The notes beneath the pieces were generated by a model that searched no databases, was not told where the DNA came from, and saw only the letters and a list, made by a program, of their open reading frames with translations. DNA of 64,000 nucleotides from Macrostomum hystrix (Eukaryota; Animalia; Platyhelminthes), in assembly GCA_950097015.1 (NCBI GenBank), contig CATNEN010000001.1, positions 5,084,001-5,148,000 of the forward strand, given 5' to 3'. Made by a program: the position numbers and the translations under genes. Shown in pieces: positions 1-14,800 of this stretch (positions are counted from its first letter, which is position 1; each line of letters starts with the position of its first letter).

Positions 1-1232
1 GCTGGGAGGGATTAGTAACTAATATGGCATTGGATAGGAGAGGATTAGGAGCTGGGAGGGGATTAGTAGCTAATATGGCATTGGATAGCAGAGGATTAGG
101 AGCTGGGAGGGGATTAGTAGCTAATATAATATGGCATTGGATAGGAGAGGATTAGGAGCTGGGAGGGGATTAGTAACTAATATGGCATTGGATAGCAGAG
201 GATTAGGAGCTGGGAGGGATTAGTAACTAATATGGCATTGGATAGCAGAGGATTAGGAGCTGGGAGGGATTAGTAACTAATATGGCATTGGATAGGAGAG
301 GATTAGGAGCTGGGAGGGGATTAGTAGCTAATATGGCATTGGATAGGAGAGGATTAGGAGCTGGGAGGGGATTAGTAGCTAATATAATATGGCATTGGAT
401 AGGAGAGGATTAGGAGCTGGGAGGGGATTAGTAACTAATATGGCATTGGATAGCAGAGGATTAGGAGCTGGGAGGGATTAGTACCTAATATGGCATTGGA
501 TAGCAGAGGATTAGGAGCTGGGAGGGATTAGTAACTAATATGGCATTGGATAGGAGAGGATTAGGAGCTGGGAGGGGATTAGTAGCTAATATGGCATTGG
601 ATAGCAGAGGATTAGGAGCTGGGAGGGGATTAGTAGCTAATATGGCATTGGATAGCAGAGGATTAGGAGCTGGGAGGGGATTAGTAGCTAATATGGCATT
701 GGATAGCAGAGGATTAGGAGCTGGGAGGGGATTAGTAGCTAATATGGCATTGGATAGCAGAGGATTAGGAGCTGGGAGGGGATTAGTAACTAATATGGCA
801 TTGGATAGCAGAGGATTAGGAGCTGGGAGGGGATTAGTAACTAATATGGCATTGGATAGGAGAGGATTAGGAGCTGGGAGGGGATTAGTAGCTAATATGG
901 CATTGGATAGCAGAGGATTAGGAGCTGGGAGGGGATTAGTAACTAATATGGCATTGGATAGCAGAGGATTAGGAGCTGGGAGGGGATTAGTAGCTAATAT
1001 GGCATTGGATAGCAGAGGATTAGGAGCTGGGAGGGGATTAGTAGCTAATATGGCATTGGATAGCAGAGGATTAGGAGCTGGGAGGGGATTAGTAGCTAAT
1101 ATGGCATTGGATAGGAGAGGATTAGGAGCTGGGAGGGGATTAGTAACTAATATGGCATTGGATAGGAGAGGATTAGGAGCTGGGAGGGGATTAGTAGCTA
1201 ATATGGCATTGGATAGCAGAGGATTAGGAGCT
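1..1232. repeat. 51-bp minisatellite (ATGGCATTGGATAGCAGAGGATTAGGAGCTGGGAGGGGATTAGTAGCTAAT), probably intronic
   Basis: Direct tandem copies run from the window start; ORF 540..1244 is its 17-aa periodic translation. Followed by a pyrimidine-rich acceptor ending at 1320. Confidence 0.95.
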
Positions 1233-1320
1233 GCTAGGGCCTAAGGGGTTTCTTAACAGTAAAAATAGACTCTTCTTACTCTTCTATCCCATTTCTCCCC
1301 AATCCATTTTACTCGTCTAG

Positions 1321-1824
1321 ACTTTAGCCGATCGTCGGTACAATGCCAGACTGCAACTGGTTCTGGACACAGCCTCAGCTGCGGGCATCGCTGCAGCTGA
1401 TATAGAACGATTCTCTAGCAAACTGGTCCGCTTAGTCGGTGCTAGATTAGAAGCAATCAGTCGTCAAGAAACCGCCTCCTCTAGGAGAAAGGCACAGCAG
1501 ATTCTAATCGGTTGCGTTGACGATTTGCTAGACGATCAGTCGAATGTTGACGTCGCCGGCAGTTCCGGCGCTGCATCGTCCGATGCCGCGTCGCCTGCCG
1601 CCTCTTGGACTACGGAATCCGAAGGCGAAGCCGATCCTTCGTCCGCCGCCCGCAATATCGGGGTTGTTGCCGATCTGCGCGCCAATTCTCAGCGTCAACG
1701 TAGGGCGTTGGAAAAACTACGCGACGAAGTTGGCGATCAGGATGAAGAGTCGTATTTGGATTCGGATCTGCAGGAGGAGCGACGGCAGTTGGACAGGCTG
1801 TGGGCCATGCTGGGTGCTAAATAG
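1321..1824 (+). CDS. Terminal coding exon of an unidentified upstream gene (TLADRRYNARLQLVLD...QLDRLWAMLGAK*), helical/coiled-coil-like
   Basis: Pyrimidine-rich acceptor ...actcgtctag|1321; frame is open for 167 codons to TAG 1822-1824; GC-rich non-repetitive sequence between two minisatellites. Product not recognised. Confidence 0.65.
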   Translation, partial: TLADRRYNARLQLVLDTASAAGIAAADIERFSSKLVRLVGARLEAISRQETASSRRKAQQILIGCVDDLLDDQSNVDVAGSSGAASSDAASPAASWTTESEGEADPSSAARNIGVVADLRANSQRQRRALEKLRDEVGDQDEESYLDSDLQEERRQLDRLWAMLGAK

Positions 1825-1924
1825 GGCAGCAGGCTAGTTGAGGCGCTAAGGTGGGAACGGAGGTGGATTAGGAACTGAGAGGATTGGGAGCTAGTAGGAG
1901 ATTCGGAGCTTAGAGAGGATTCGT

Positions 1925-2725
1925 TTAGATATGAGATAGGATTAGTAACTGAGATGGGATTAGCAGCTTAAAGAGGATTATTAACTGAGATGGGATTAGC
2001 AGCTGAGACAGTATTATTAACTGAGATGGGATTAGCAGCTTAAAGAGGATTATTAACTGAGATTGGATTAGCAGCTGAGACAGTATTATTAACTGAGATG
2101 GGATTAGCAGCTTAAAGAGGATTATTAACTGAGATTGGATTAGCAGCTGAGACAGTATTATTAACTGAGATGGGATTAGCAGCTTAAAGAGGATTATTAA
2201 CTGAGATTGGATTAGCAGCTGAGACAGTATTATTAACTGAGATGGGATTAGCAGCTTAAAGAGGATTATTAACTGAGATTGGATTAGCAGCTGAGACAGG
2301 ATTATTAACTGAGATGGGATTAGGTGCTGAAAGAGGATTATTAACTGAGATGGGATTAGGTGCTGAGAAAGGATTATTAACTGAGATGGGATTAGGAGCT
2401 GAGAAAGGATTATTAACTGAGATGGGATTAGGTGCTGAGAAAGGATCATTAACTGAGATGGGATTAGGTGCTGAGAAAGGATTATTAACTGAGATGGGAT
2501 TAGCAGCTGAGACAGGATTATTAACTGAGATGGGATTAGCAGCTGAGACAGGATTATTAACTGAGATGGGATTAGCAGCTGAGACAGGATTATTAACTAA
2601 AATGGGATTAGCAGCTGAAAGGGGATTATTTACTGAAATGGGATTAGCAGCTGAAAGGGGATTATTAACTAAGATGGGATTAGCAGCTGAGAAGATTAGT
2701 AGCTGAGAATGGATTAGTAACTAAA
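1925..2725. repeat. 30-bp minisatellite (GGATTATTAACTGAGATGGGATTAGCAGCTGA-type)
   Basis: Tandem copies; 10-aa periodic ORFs on both strands. Confidence 0.95.
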
Positions 2726-3324
2726 AACCTAGCACAGAAAAAATGGAATCAAGAATTTTTTATCCAGTCAATTTTTTTCTTTCGAAAGTTTCTTATAATT
2801 TCAAATAAGCAGATTAGTTTTTCACCGCTATGAGAAAATATAGTGCAGTTATAACAAATGTATGCTTACTAAACTTTATTTTTTATCCAGCAATTTTCCA
2901 ATTTCTTAAAAAGAAAGACAGCAAAAGTGTCTTACATTTATAGAATCTTAGATTTTAATATACAGTAACTTCACAGACTTTTTGCTAAAGTGTATTTCAG
3001 TATTGCTACTCAAGACGATACAAGAAAGAAATAATTTTAACTTGTGAGTACCGAATCATTTTCTTTTATTTATTTCATATTTTCTGCTTTAATGTGCGCG
3101 TGAAATTTCAAAATTAGTTTTTTATTTATATTTTGCTCGCCTACTTTTCTTGTTCTTTAGTTTTGTCAAATTTTTCTGTCCAAAATTGCATTAATATCTT
3201 TTTTCTGGTGAAAGATTCCTTTTATGAAGCCATAAAATATACAACTGATTATGAATTTCGTCATAAAAGTACTTTCTTAATTGATTTCTAAAAAATTACT
3301 CTAGGTAGAATTCTGAAAATCCCT

Positions 3325-4537
3325 TCAGGATCGATTCTTCTCTGAGCTTCAGGTTGGATTCTTCTCTGAGCTTCAGGTTGGATTCTTCTCTGAGCTTCAG
3401 GATGGATTCTTCTCTGAGCTTCAGGTTGGATTCTTCTCTGAGCTTCAGGATGGATTCTTCTCTGATCTTCAGGTTGGATTCTTCTCTGAGATTCAGGTTG
3501 GATTCTTCTCTGAGATTCAGGTTGGATTCTTCTCTGAGATTCAGGTTGGATTCTTCTCTGAGCTTCAGGTTGGATTCTTCTCTGAGCTTCAGGATGGATT
3601 CTTCTCTGAGCTTCAGGATGGATTCTTCTCTGAGCTTCAGGTTGGATTCTTCTCTGAGCTTCAGGTTGGATTCTTCTCTGAGCTTCAGGTTGGATTCTTC
3701 TCTGAGCTTCAGGTTGGATTCTTCTCTGAGCTTCAGGTTGGATTCTTCTCTGAGCTTCAGGTTGGATTCTTCTCTGAGCTTCAGGTTGGATTCTTCTCTG
3801 AGCTTCAGGATGGATTCTTCTCTGAGCTTCAGGATGGATTCTTCTCTGAGTTTCAGGATGGATTCTTCTCAAAGCTTCAGGTTGGATTCCTCTCAAAGCT
3901 TCAGGTTGGATTCTTCTCTGAGCTTCAGGTTGGATTCTTCTCTGAGCTTCAGGATGAATTCTTCTCTGAGCTTCAGGATGGATTCTTCTCTGAGCTTCAG
4001 GGTGGATTCTTCTCTGAGCTTCAGGATGGATTCTTCTCTGAGCTTCAGGATGGATTCTTCTCTGAGCTTCAGGTTGGATTCTTCTCTGAGTTTCAGGATG
4101 GATTCTTCTCAAAGCTTCAGGTTGGATTCCTCTCAAAGCTTCAGGTTGGATTCTTCTCTGAGCTTCAGGTTGGATTCTTCTCTGAGCTTCAGGATGAATT
4201 CTTCTCTGAGCTTCAGGATGGATTCTTCTCTGAGCTTCAGGGTGGATTCTTCTCTGAGCTTCAGGATGGATTCTTCTCTGAGCTTCAGGATGGATTCTTC
4301 TCTGAGCTTCAGGGTGGATTCTTCTCTGAGCTTCAGGATGGATTCTTCTCTGAGCTTCAGGATGGATTCTTCTCTGAGCTTCAGGGTGGATTCTTCTCTG
4401 AGCTTCAGGATGGATTCTTCTCTGAGCTTCAGGTTGGATTCTTCTCTGAGCTTCAGGTTGGATTCCTCTCAAAGCTTCAGGTTGGATTCCTCTCAAAGCT
4501 TCAGGTTGGATTTCTCTCAAAGCTTCAGGTTGGATTC
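3325..4537. repeat. 24-bp minisatellite (GGATTCTTCTCTGAGCTTCAGGTT)
   Basis: About 50 tandem copies; 8-aa periodic ORFs on both strands. Confidence 0.95.
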
Positions 4538-4663
4538 AAATGAATACAGTAAAGAGTTTTTAATTATTTACAGTCTTATAGGTTGTTTTTCTTTTATTTT
4601 CAGGTTCATATTTCAAATTGTTAAGTGCCCATGTTTGATGGCATTTGAAAAAATTGTCTAGCT

Positions 4664-4739
4664 ATGGCCAGCCCAGATATTATCGCTAATAAATGCGGTG
4701 AAGTTAGTTCAAGTGCAGAAGATGCTACTTTCGGCTGTG
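4664..4739 (+). CDS. UPF2: UPF2 coding exon 1 (MASPDIIANK...)
   Basis: ATG at 4664; donor GTAAGT at 4740; phase fits exon 2. Confidence 0.65.
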
Positions 4740-5854
4740 GTAAGTAGCCTGTTTATGAATTGTGTTTATTAATTAAGTTTTTTTTAATTTTACGGACATA
4801 AAAATATTTTTTTGCAGATGAAGCAGCAGCGAAAAATTCGGAAAATGTTAAATCAGAAGAAGGCTTATCGGCTGAGGACATGGTTAGATAATCATTACAC
4901 TATTAATAAATTTTGTAAGAAAAGTCAGAATATTGTTCAAAAACTGCTTTTACATTTCAGATGGAACTGGAAGCCTACCGCGCCGAACTAACAGCTCGCT
5001 ATGCCCTTTTGGATTCACTGTTGCGTGGCAACGAATCCCCATCGTCGTGCTCAGAGCATCCAGCATTTGCAAAAACCGACTCCAGTTTAAAGAGAAATAC
5101 TGCTTTTGTTAAAAAACTGGTTTGTTTGAGAATTTTATTTAACTTATTTAGCAAAATTTTAAACGATTTTGCTCAATCTTAAGGGGCTGGAGTTTTATCG
5201 GGGGTGTTGGCCGATTCTAATTGCTCTCCTCCACGAGTGTCTGGAGTTTTATCGGGGGTGTTGGCCGATGCTAATTGCCCCCCTCCTCCACCACTGACTG
5301 GAGTTTTATCGGGGGTGTTGGCCGATTCTAATTGCCCTCCTCCTCCACGAGTGTCTGGAGTTTTATCGGGGGTGTTGGCCGATGCTAATTGCCCCCCTCC
5401 TCCACCACTGACTGGAGTTTTATCGGGGGTGTTGGCCGATTCTAATTGCCCTCCTCCTCCACGAGGGACTGGAGTTTTATCGGGGGTGTTGGCCGATTCT
5501 AATTGCTCTCCTCCTCCACGAGGGACTGGAGTTTTATCTGGGGTGTTGGCCGATTCTAATTGCGATTCTAGTTAAACAATGTTACTTTTTTCTAAAATTT
5601 AGAAAATCTACACGGACGCGCAGAAGGACGCAGTAATGCGCGAACTGCCAGTTCTGAACCTGACTAAATACCTGGAAGAAGTGGCCAACGCTTTATTAGA
5701 GGCGAAATTGCGTCCCACCGATCTATCAAACATATTGCTAATTAATTGCTTATTGTCTAGAAACTATCCAGATTATGCCGAGTTAGCTCTAGATGCCTGG
5801 CGTAAGATTCTTCTACCGAAGCAGAAGGAATCGCAGCAAAAAGAATTACAACAA

Positions 5855-5890
<36 letters not shown>

Positions 5891-8800
5891 CAATGGAACT
5901 TGGCTAAATTGCGCGTAGATTTGCGCCTGTACGCTGATCTAGTGCTAACCAAAGTTGTGCCAACAATGCCCGGTTTGAAACTACTAGGCCAGTGCCTTCA
6001 AGCCCTGACACTGAATGATTCAGATTTTTCTCACTGCGGCTTAGTGTGTCATCTGTTGAATCACGCCGGAGACTCACTGATTGGTCAATTGCCAACTAGA
6101 AAATCTAATCTAGCCGAGAAGGCTACTGTACAGCTGCCACGCGGAATTAACTATCTAGAACCGGAAACTAGGAAGCCATTCTATCGGCTATTGAGCGAAT
6201 ATGGCAAACGATTGAATGCCGCATTAATAGAACGCGCCACGGAGTTGAGTAAGATGGATAGGCAAAATCGGAGAATATTAAATAGTAAAGGAGAATTGAA
6301 TCAGGATAGGCGCGATTCGTTCGAGGCTTGCAAGAAGGAGGTGGACAGATTGCTTGGTGAGTGAGATTGTTCTCAATTATCTTATGGTTGTCGGGACCAT
6401 GCGTTGAGATTTTTTGGATCAAAATGCCGAATATCGCATGAGATTATCTGAAAAATATACCCTGATATTATGTCTTGAAATTATCTGGACAATACACCCT
6501 GAAATTTTCTGGACAATATCCCTGAGATTATCTGGACATTGTATCATGAGATTATCTTTGACAGTATCCTCTGAGATTATCTTTGACAGTATCCTCTGAG
6601 ATTATCTTTGACAGTATCCTCTGAGATTATCTTCGACAGTATCCTCTGAGATTATCTTTGACAGTATCCTCTGAGATTATCTTTGACAGTATCCTCTGAG
6701 ATTATCTTTGACAGTATCCTCTGAGATTATCTTTGACAGTATCCCCTGAGATTATCTTTGACAGTATCCTCTGAGATTATCTTTGACAGTATCCTCTGAG
6801 ATTATCTTTGACAGTATCCCCTGAGATTATCTTTGACAGTATCCTCTGAGATTATCTTTGACAGTATTCCCTGAGATTATCTTTGACAGTATCCCCTGAG
6901 ATTATCTTTGACAGTATTCCCTGAGATTATCTTTGACAGTATCCCCTGAGATTATCTTTGACAGTATCCTCTGAGATTATCTTTGACAGTATCTCCTGAG
7001 ATTATCTTTGACAGTATCCCCTGAGATTATGTTTGACAGTATCTCCTGAGATTATCTTTGACAGTATCCCCTGAGATTATCTTTGACAGTATCTCCTGAG
7101 ATTATCTTTGACAGTATCCCCTGAGATTATCTTTGACAGTATCCCCTGAGATTATGTTTGACAGTATCCTCTGAGATTATCTTTGACAGTATCTCCTGAG
7201 ATTATCTTTGACAGTATCCCCTGAGATTATGTTTGACAGTATCCTCTGAGATTATCTTTGACAGTATCCCCTGAGATTATCTTTGACAGTATCCTCTGAG
7301 ATTATCTTTGACAGTATTCCCTGAGATTATCTTTGACAGTATCCCCTGAGATTATCTTTGACAGTATCCTCTGAGATTATCTTTGTCAGTATCTTCTGAG
7401 ATTATGTTTGACAGTATCCTCTGAGATTATCTTTGACAGTATCCTCTGAGATTATCTTTGACAGTATCCCCTGAGATTTTCTTTGTCAGTATCCTCTGAG
7501 ATTATCTTTGACAGTATCCTCTGAGATTATCTTTGACAGTATCCTCTGAGATTATCTTTGACAGTATCCCCTGAGATTTTCTTTGTCAGTATCCTCTGAG
7601 ATTATCTTTGACAGTATCCTCTGAGATTATCTTTGACAGTATCCCCTGAGATTATGTTTGACAGTATCCTCTGAGATTATCTTTGACAGTATCCCCTGAG
7701 ATTATCTTTGACAGTATCCTCTGAGATTATCTTTGACAGTATCCTCTGAGATTATCTTTGACAGTATCTCCTGAGATTATCTTTGACAGTATCTCCTGAG
7801 ATTATCTTTGACAGTATCGATCCTGAGATTATCTTTGACAGTATCTCCTGAGATTATCTTTGACAGTATCTCCTGAGATTATCTTTGACAGTATCTCCTG
7901 AGATTATCTTTGACAGTATCTCCTGAGATTATCTTTGACAGTATCTCCTGAGATTATCTTTGACAGTATCTCCTGAGATTATCTTTGACAGTATCTCCTG
8001 AGATTATCTTTGACAGTATCTCCTGAGATTATCTTTGACAGTATCCTCTGAGATTATCTTTGACAGTATCTCCTGAGATTATCTTTGACAGTATCTCCTG
8101 AGATTATCTTTGACAGTATCTCCTGAGATTATCTTTGACAGTATCTCCTGAGATTATCTTTGACAGTATCTCCTGAGATTATCTTTGACAGTATCTCCTG
8201 AGATTATCTTTGACAGTATCTCCTGAGATTATCTTTGACAGTATCTCCTGAGATTATCTTTGACAGTATCGATCCTGAGATTATCTTTGACAGTATCTCC
8301 TGAGATTATCTTTGACAGTATCTCCTGAGATTATCTTTGACAGTATCTCCTGAGATTATCTTTGACAGTATCTCCTGAGATTATCTTTGACAGTATCTCC
8401 TGAGATTATCTTTGACAGTATCTCCTGAGATTATCTTTGACAGTATCCTCTGAGATTATCTTTGACAGTATCCTCTGAGATTATCTTCGACAGTATCCTC
8501 TGAGATTATCTTTGACAGTATCCTCTGAGATTATCTTTGACAGTATCCTCTGAGATTATCTTTGACAGTATCCTCTGAGATTATCTTTGACAGTATCCCC
8601 TGAGATTATCTTTGACAGTATCCTCTGAGATTATCTTTGACAGTATCCTCTGAGATTATCTTTGACAGTATCCCCTGAGATTATCTTTGACAGTATCCTC
8701 TGAGATTATCTTTGACAGTATTCCCTGAGATTATCTTTGACAGTATCCCCTGAGATTATCTTTGACAGTATTCCCTGAGATTATCTTTGACAGTATCCCC

Positions 8801-11800
8801 TGAGATTATCTTTGACAGTATCCTCTGAGATTATCTTTGACAGTATCTCCTGAGATTATCTTTGACAGTATCCCCTGAGATTATGTTTGACAGTATCTCC
8901 TGAGATTATCTTTGACAGTATCCCCTGAGATTATCTTTGACAGTATCTCCTGAGATTATCTTTGACAGTATCCCCTGAGATTATCTTTGACAGTATCCCC
9001 TGAGATTATGTTTGACAGTATCCTCTGAGATTATCTTTGACAGTATCTCCTGAGATTATCTTTGACAGTATCCCCTGAGATTATGTTTGACAGTATCCTC
9101 TGAGATTATCTTTGACAGTATCCCCTGAGATTATCTTTGACAGTATCCTCTGAGATTATCTTTGACAGTATTCCCTGAGATTATCTTTGACAGTATCCCC
9201 TGAGATTATCTTTGACAGTATCCTCTGAGATTATCTTTGTCAGTATCTTCTGAGATTATGTTTGACAGTATCCTCTGAGATTATCTTTGACAGTATCCTC
9301 TGAGATTATCTTTGACAGTATCCCCTGAGATTTTCTTTGTCAGTATCCTCTGAGATTATCTTTGACAGTATCCTCTGAGATTATCTTTGACAGTATCCTC
9401 TGAGATTATCTTTGACAGTATCCCCTGAGATTTTCTTTGTCAGTATCCTCTGAGATTATCTTTGACAGTATCCTCTGAGATTATCTTTGACAGTATCCCC
9501 TGAGATTATGTTTGACAGTATCCTCTGAGATTATCTTTGACAGTATCCCCTGAGATTATCTTTGACAGTATCCTCTGAGATTATCTTTGACAGTATCCTC
9601 TGAGATTATCTTTGACAGTATCTCCTGAGATTATCTTTGACAGTATCTCCTGAGATTATCTTTGACAGTATCGATCCTGAGATTATCTTTGACAGTATCT
9701 CCTGAGATTATCTTTGACAGTATCTCCTGAGATTATCTTTGACAGTATCTCCTGAGATTATCTTTGACAGTATCTCCTGAGATTATCTTTGACAGTATCT
9801 CCTGAGATTATCTTTGACAGTATCTCCTGAGATTATCTTTGACAGTATCTCCTGAGATTATCTTTGACAGTATCTCCTGAGATTATCTTTGACAGTATCC
9901 TCTGAGATTATCTTTGACAGTATCTCCTGAGATTATCTTTGACAGTATCTCCTGAGATTATCTTTGACAGTATCTCCTGAGATTATCTTTGACAGTATCT
10001 CCTGAGATTATCTTTGACAGTATCTCCTGAGATTATCTTTGACAGTATCTCCTGAGATTATCTTTGACAGTATCTCCTGAGATTATCTTTGACAGTATCT
10101 CCTGAGATTATCTTTGACAGTATCGATCCTGAGATTATCTTTGACAGTATCTCCTGAGATTATCTTTGACAGTATCTCCTGAGATTATCTTTGACAGTAT
10201 CTCCTGAGATTATCTTTGACAGTATCTCCTGAGATTATCTTTGACAGTATCTCCTGAGATTATCTTTGACAGTATCTCCTGAGATTATCTTTGACAGTAT
10301 CCTCTGAGATTATCTTTGACAGTATCCTCTGAGATTATCTTCGACAGTATCCTCTGAGATTATCTTTGACAGTATCCTCTGAGATTATCTTTGACAGTAT
10401 CCTCTGAGATTATCTTTGACAGTATCCTCTGAGATTATCTTTGACAGTATCCCCTGAGATTATCTTTGACAGTATCCTCTGAGATTATCTTTGACAGTAT
10501 CCTCTGAGATTATCTTTGACAGTATCCCCTGAGATTATCTTTGACAGTATCCTCTGAGATTATCTTTGACAGTATTCCCTGAGATTATCTTTGACAGTAT
10601 CCCCTGAGATTATCTTTGACAGTATTCCCTGAGATTATCTTTGACAGTATCCCCTGAGATTATCTTTGACAGTATCCTCTGAGATTATCTTTGACAGTAT
10701 CTCCTGAGATTATCTTTGACAGTATCCCCTGAGATTATGTTTGACAGTATCTCCTGAGATTATCTTTGACAGTATCCCCTGAGATTATCTTTGACAGTAT
10801 CTCCTGAGATTATCTTTGACAGTATCCCCTGAGATTATCTTTGACAGTATCCCCTGAGATTATGTTTGACAGTATCCTCTGAGATTATCTTTGACAGTAT
10901 CTCCTGAGATTATCTTTGACAGTATCCCCTGAGATTATGTTTGACAGTATCCTCTGAGATTATCTTTGACAGTATCCCCTGAGATTATCTTTGACAGTAT
11001 CCTCTGAGATTATCTTTGACAGTATTCCCTGAGATTATCTTTGACAGTATCCCCTGAGATTATCTTTGACAGTATCCTCTGAGATTATCTTTGTCAGTAT
11101 CTTCTGAGATTATGTTTGACAGTATCCTCTGAGATTATCTTTGACAGTATCCTCTGAGATTATCTTTGACAGTATCCCCTGAGATTTTCTTTGTCAGTAT
11201 CCTCTGAGATTATCTTTGACAGTATCCTCTGAGATTATCTTTGACAGTATCCTCTGAGATTATCTTTGACAGTATCCCCTGAGATTTTCTTTGTCAGTAT
11301 CCTCTGAGATTATCTTTGACAGTATCCTCTGAGATTATCTTTGACAGTATCCCCTGAGATTATGTTTGACAGTATCCTCTGAGATTATCTTTGACAGTAT
11401 CCCCTGAGATTATCTTTGACAGTATCCTCTGAGATTATCTTTGACAGTATCCTCTGAGATTATCTTTGACAGTATCTCCTGAGATTATCTTTGACAGTAT
11501 CTCCTGAGATTATCTTTGACAGTATCGATCCTGAGATTATCTTTGACAGTATCTCCTGAGATTATCTTTGACAGTATCTCCTGAGATTATCTTTGACAGT
11601 ATCTCCTGAGATTATCTTTGACAGTATCTCCTGAGATTATCTTTGACAGTATCTCCTGAGATTATCTTTGACAGTATCCTCTGAGATTATCTTTGACAGT
11701 ATCTCCTGAGATTATCTTTGACAGTATCTCCTGAGATTATCTTTGACAGTATCTCCTGAGATTATCTTTGACAGTATCTCCTGAGATTATCTTTGACAGT

Positions 11801-14800
11801 ATCTCCTGAGATTATCTTTGACAGTATCTCCTGAGATTATCTTTGACAGTATCTCCTGAGATTATCTTTGACAGTATCTCCTGAGATTATCTTTGACAGT
11901 ATCGATCCTGAGATTATCTTTGACAGTATCTCCTGAGATTATCTTTGACAGTATCTCCTGAGATTATCTTTGACAGTATCTCCTGAGATTATCTTTGACA
12001 GTATCTCCTGAGATTATCTTTGACAGTATCTCCTGAGATTATCTTTGACAGTATCTCCTGAGATTATCTTTGACAGTATCCTCTGAGATTATCTTTGACA
12101 GTATCCTCTGAGATTATCTTCGACAGTATCCTCTGAGATTATCTTTGACAGTATCCTCTGAGATTATCTTTGACAGTATCCTCTGAGATTATCTTTGACA
12201 GTATCCTCTGAGATTATCTTTGACAGTATCCCCTGAGATTATCTTTGACAGTATCCTCTGAGATTATCTTTGACAGTATCCTCTGAGATTATCTTTGACA
12301 GTATCCCCTGAGATTATCTTTGACAGTATCCTCTGAGATTATCTTTGACAGTATTCCCTGAGATTATCTTTGACAGTATCCCCTGAGATTATCTTTGACA
12401 GTATTCCCTGAGATTATCTTTGACAGTATCCCCTGAGATTATCTTTGACAGTATCCTCTGAGATTATCTTTGACAGTATCTCCTGAGATTATCTTTGACA
12501 GTATCCCCTGAGATTATGTTTGACAGTATCTCCTGAGATTATCTTTGACAGTATCCCCTGAGATTATCTTTGACAGTATCTCCTGAGATTATCTTTGACA
12601 GTATCCCCTGAGATTATCTTTGACAGTATCCCCTGAGATTATGTTTGACAGTATCCTCTGAGATTATCTTTGACAGTATCTCCTGAGATTATCTTTGACA
12701 GTATCCCCTGAGATTATGTTTGACAGTATCCTCTGAGATTATCTTTGACAGTATCCCCTGAGATTATCTTTGACAGTATCCTCTGAGATTATCTTTGACA
12801 GTATTCCCTGAGATTATCTTTGACAGTATCCCCTGAGATTATCTTTGACAGTATCCTCTGAGATTATCTTTGTCAGTATCTTCTGAGATTATGTTTGACA
12901 GTATCCTCTGAGATTATCTTTGACAGTATCCTCTGAGATTATCTTTGACAGTATCCCCTGAGATTTTCTTTGTCAGTATCCTCTGAGATTATCTTTGACA
13001 GTATCCTCTGAGATTATCTTTGACAGTATCCTCTGAGATTATCTTTGACAGTATCCCCTGAGATTTTCTTTGTCAGTATCCTCTGAGATTATCTTTGACA
13101 GTATCCTCTGAGATTATCTTTGACAGTATCCCCTGAGATTATGTTTGACAGTATCCTCTGAGATTATCTTTGACAGTATCCCCTGAGATTATCTTTGACA
13201 GTATCCTCTGAGATTATCTTTGACAGTATCCTCTGAGATTATCTTTGACAGTATCTCCTGAGATTATCTTTGACAGTATCTCCTGAGATTATCTTTGACA
13301 GTATCGATCCTGAGATTATCTTTGACAGTATCTCCTGAGATTATCTTTGACAGTATCTCCTGAGATTATCTTTGACAGTATCTCCTGAGATTATCTTTGA
13401 CAGTATCTCCTGAGATTATCTTTGACAGTATCTCCTGAGATTATCTTTGACAGTATCTCCTGAGATTATCTTTGACAGTATCTCCTGAGATTATCTTTGA
13501 CAGTATCTCCTGAGATTATCTTTGACAGTATCCTCTGAGATTATCTTTGACAGTATCTCCTGAGATTATCTTTGACAGTATCTCCTGAGATTATCTTTGA
13601 CAGTATCTCCTGAGATTATCTTTGACAGTATCTCCTGAGATTATCTTTGACAGTATCTCCTGAGATTATCTTTGACAGTATCTCCTGAGATTATCTTTGA
13701 CAGTATCTCCTGAGATTATCTTTGACAGTATCTCCTGAGATTATCTTTGACAGTATCGATCCTGAGATTATCTTTGACAGTATCTCCTGAGATTATCTTT
13801 GACAGTATCTCCTGAGATTATCTTTGACAGTATCTCCTGAGATTATCTTTGACAGTATCTCCTGAGATTATCTTTGACAGTATCTCCTGAGATTATCTTT
13901 GACAGTATCTCCTGAGATTATCTTTGACAGTATCCTCTGAGATTATCTTTGACAGTATCCTCTGAGATTATCTTCGACAGTATCCTCTGAGATTATCTTT
14001 GACAGTATCCTCTGAGATTATCTTTGACAGTATCCTCTGAGATTATCTTTGACAGTATCCTCTGAGATTATCTTTGACAGTATCCCCTGAGATTATCTTT
14101 GACAGTATCCTCTGAGATTATCTTTGACAGTATCCTCTGAGATTATCTTTGACAGTATCCCCTGAGATTATCTTTGACAGTATCCTCTGAGATTATCTTT
14201 GACAGTATTCCCTGAGATTATCTTTGACAGTATCCCCTGAGATTATCTTTGACAGTATTCCCTGAGATTATCTTTGACAGTATCCCCTGAGATTATCTTT
14301 GACAGTATCCTCTGAGATTATCTTTGACAGTATCTCCTGAGATTATCTTTGACAGTATCCCCTGAGATTATGTTTGACAGTATCTCCTGAGATTATCTTT
14401 GACAGTATCCCCTGAGATTATCTTTGACAGTATCTCCTGAGATTATCTTTGACAGTATCCCCTGAGATTATCTTTGACAGTATCCCCTGAGATTATGTTT
14501 GACAGTATCCTCTGAGATTATCTTTGACAGTATCTCCTGAGATTATCTTTGACAGTATCCCCTGAGATTATGTTTGACAGTATCCTCTGAGATTATCTTT
14601 GACAGTATCCCCTGAGATTATCTTTGACAGTATCCTCTGAGATTATCTTTGACAGTATTCCCTGAGATTATCTTTGACAGTATCCCCTGAGATTATCTTT
14701 GACAGTATCCTCTGAGATTATCTTTGTCAGTATCTTCTGAGATTATGTTTGACAGTATCCTCTGAGATTATCTTTGACAGTATCCTCTGAGATTATCTTT

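Noticed and set aside
540-4661. Long ORFs 540..1244, 1925..2449, 2314..2706, 3288..4520, 3354..4661
   Set aside because: Periodic translations of 51-, 30- and 24-bp minisatellites whose unit lengths are multiples of 3; several are open on both strands and none has splice or homology support.
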